NCBI GenBank assembly: GCA_964016885.1
Contig: CAXHJY010000262.1
Span: forward strand, 62,001-126,000
Reading direction: 5' to 3'
DNA length: 64,000 nucleotides
Origin: Eledone cirrhosa
Taxonomy: Eukaryota
Shown here: positions 62,001 through 64,000 of the stretch, in pieces
Layout of the letters: each line of letters begins with the position of its first letter
Position numbering within the stretch: position 1 is the stretch's first letter
The notes under the pieces: model-generated
Databases searched by the model: none
What the model saw: the letters and a program-made list of their open reading frames with translations, nothing else
Told to the model about the DNA's origin: nothing
Translations under genes and position numbers: made by a program

Positions 62001-64000
62001 TATTCACATTGGTGGCACTATTTTAGGTCAGTGACATGGCTTTTATCAAATTGTGTTGCATTAAGTAATCTTTATAAGAGAACGATTTACCACAGACGTC
62101 ACAGTGATATAGTTCCTCTCCTGTATATGTTAGTGTCTAATTAAACCACAACATTTAGAGAAGGATTTACCAAATATATCAAAGTGATATGGCTTCCCAG
62201 CTTGTATGTCTATGTTTGTGTGAAGTTAATGTGGCATTCAAAGAGAATGATTTCTCTCAGATGTCACAATGATATGTATTTGTATTCTCATTAATTCACA
62301 AATTTGAGAGAATGATTTATCACTGATGTCAATGCGTTATGATTTCTCTTCTGCATGTGTAAGTTTGTGAGTAGTTAGGCTACTTTTCCTAGAGAATGAT
62401 TTACCACAGATATCACAGTGATATGGTTTGTCTCCTGTATGGGTACGTTTGTGGCTAGTTAAGCTACTACTTACAGAGAATGATTTACCACAGATCTCAC
62501 AGCGATATGGCTTGTCTCCTGTATGTATACGTTTGTGTCTAGTTAAGGTACTACTTTCAGAGAATGATATACCACAAATATCACATTGGTATGGCTTGTC
62601 TCCTGTATGTGTACGTAAGTGAGTAGTTAAGTGACTAATTTGAGAGAATGGTTTACAACAGATATCACAGTGATATGGCTTCTCTCCCGTATGGGTACGT
62701 TTGTGGCTAGTTAAGGTACTACTTCCAGAGAATGATTTATCACAGATATCACAGTGATGTTGCTTTTCTCCAGTATGTATACGTTTGTGGTTAATTAAGG
62801 TACTACTGACAGAGAATGATTTACCACAGATATCACAGTGATATGGCTTCTCTCCTGTATGTATACGTTTGTGCTTAATTAAGTTACTATGTACACAAAA
62901 TGATTTACCACAGATATCACAGTGATATGGCATCCCTCCTATATGTATACGTTTGTGCTGAATTAATTCACTACTTCGAGAGAATGATTTATTACAGATA
63001 TCACAGTGATATGGCTTATCTCCTGTATGGGTACGTTTGTGGCTAGTTAAGGCACTACTTTGAGAGAAAGATTTACCACAGATATTGCACTGATATGGTT
63101 TCTCACCTGTATGGGTACGTATGTGGCTAATTAAGGCACTACTTTGAGAAAATGATTTACCACAGCTATCACATTGATATGGCTTATCACCTGTATGTAT
63201 ACGTTTGTGAGTAGTTAAGGTACCACTTTGACAGAATGAATTACCACAGATATCACAGTGATATGGCTTCTCTTCTCTAACCTTCATCATCTCACAAGGA
63301 ATACTAAACACTTTAGATTGTGTTTCACATTTAATCTTCTCACTCAATTTATTTTCCATAATGATTTCTTCTTCAACAGAATATACAAATGTTTTACTCA
63401 ACTGTGTTCAGTTAATATCTGAAGATAATACAAGCTTCTTTTTCATTTAGTTAAAACACAAAACCATCTTATAGTGAAGAAAATAACTTAGTTCTGAAGA
63501 AATATTTCACAGTATTTCGACGACAGATTTATATAAACAGTGTTATATAAGTTCTGTTAAAAAAGTTGTAGTCTTAAAATGATGATAAATAGAGGTGATG
63601 TATCCAAGATTGAAAATAATAATTTATCCAAATTTCATCTGATATTCTGAAATAAGAAAGAAACAGTATGAGATAATACAGAATACTTTAGAAGCAGAGA
63701 TAGATTTAACAGTGGAAATTTTATATTTCTATATTGGTAAACTGTAGATATCAACTTTCCTGTCCAGAGTAATTCTCTCCAATGTAAGCAGTGTTATTCA
63801 AGCATGCACTATAAATTTTATCCTTCTATCTCTTCGGAGGTCTGCTCTATGGCAGTTTAGCAAAAAATTCATTCTTATAGGACTTATAAGAAATAAGCAG
63901 TATGAGATGATAGAGAATGCTTAAAATACAGGGATAGATTTAACAGTGGAAATATTACATTTTCACCACATTTCCGAGTGTCAAAGACGTTACTTTTTCC
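58875..64000 (+). repeat. Segmental duplication unit 2 (paralog of 45335-50690)
   Basis: Collinear similarity throughout. Confidence 0.9.
62337..63359 (-). CDS. C2H2 zinc-finger protein (ZNF3 here), 11 fingers, about 340 aa
   Basis: Intact ORF from [16 protein letters not shown] to HAEEKS*; ATG chosen by alignment with ZNF2. Confidence 0.9.
   Translation of the reverse strand: MENKLSEKIKCETQSKVFSIPCEMMKVREEKPYHCDICGNSFCQSGTLTTHKRIHTGDKPYQCDSCGKSFSQSSALISHIRTHTGEKPYQCNICGKSFSQSSALTSHKRTHTGDKPYHCDICNKSFSRSSELIQHKRIHIGGMPYHCDICGKSFCVHSNLIKHKRIHTGEKPYHCDICGKSFSVSSTLINHKRIHTGEKQHHCDICDKSFSGSSTLTSHKRTHTGEKPYHCDICCKPFSQISHLTTHLRTHTGDKPYQCDICGISFSESSTLTRHKRIHTGDKPYRCEICGKSFSVSSSLTSHKRTHTGDKPYHCDICGKSFSRKSSLTTHKLTHAEEKS

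Overview
AT-rich, repeat-dense animal DNA, most likely an octopus/cephalopod C2H2 zinc-finger gene cluster. The organism is inferred from clustered C2H2 arrays with no recognisable KRAB, RTE LINEs with (GAT)n tails, tRNA-derived SINEs and very long (TA)n tracts. Host genes are three minus-strand C2H2-ZNF genes (13 fingers; 17 plus 3 frameshifted; 11) and one ZNF relic, lying in two pairs of locally duplicated segments. Mobile DNA includes six large RTE-clade LINE copies carrying a PHD-like finger after the RT, a complete but frameshifted Ty3/Gypsy element with LTRs and a 5-bp TSD, a solo LTR, a Penelope-like (GIY-YIG) fragment, many SINEs, MITEs and several minisatellites, three of which derive from RTE coding sequence. 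The main hidden signal is a set of ten well-formed and one degenerate minimal type-I hammerhead ribozyme motifs from about seven sequence families. Most sit in short non-coding islands embedded in (TA)n microsatellites, as tandem, inverted or permuted copies, as expected of Penelope-dependent non-autonomous elements or retrozymes. All Ile/Tyr-rich ORFs are microsatellite artefacts. Structures were folded by eye and activity is untested.
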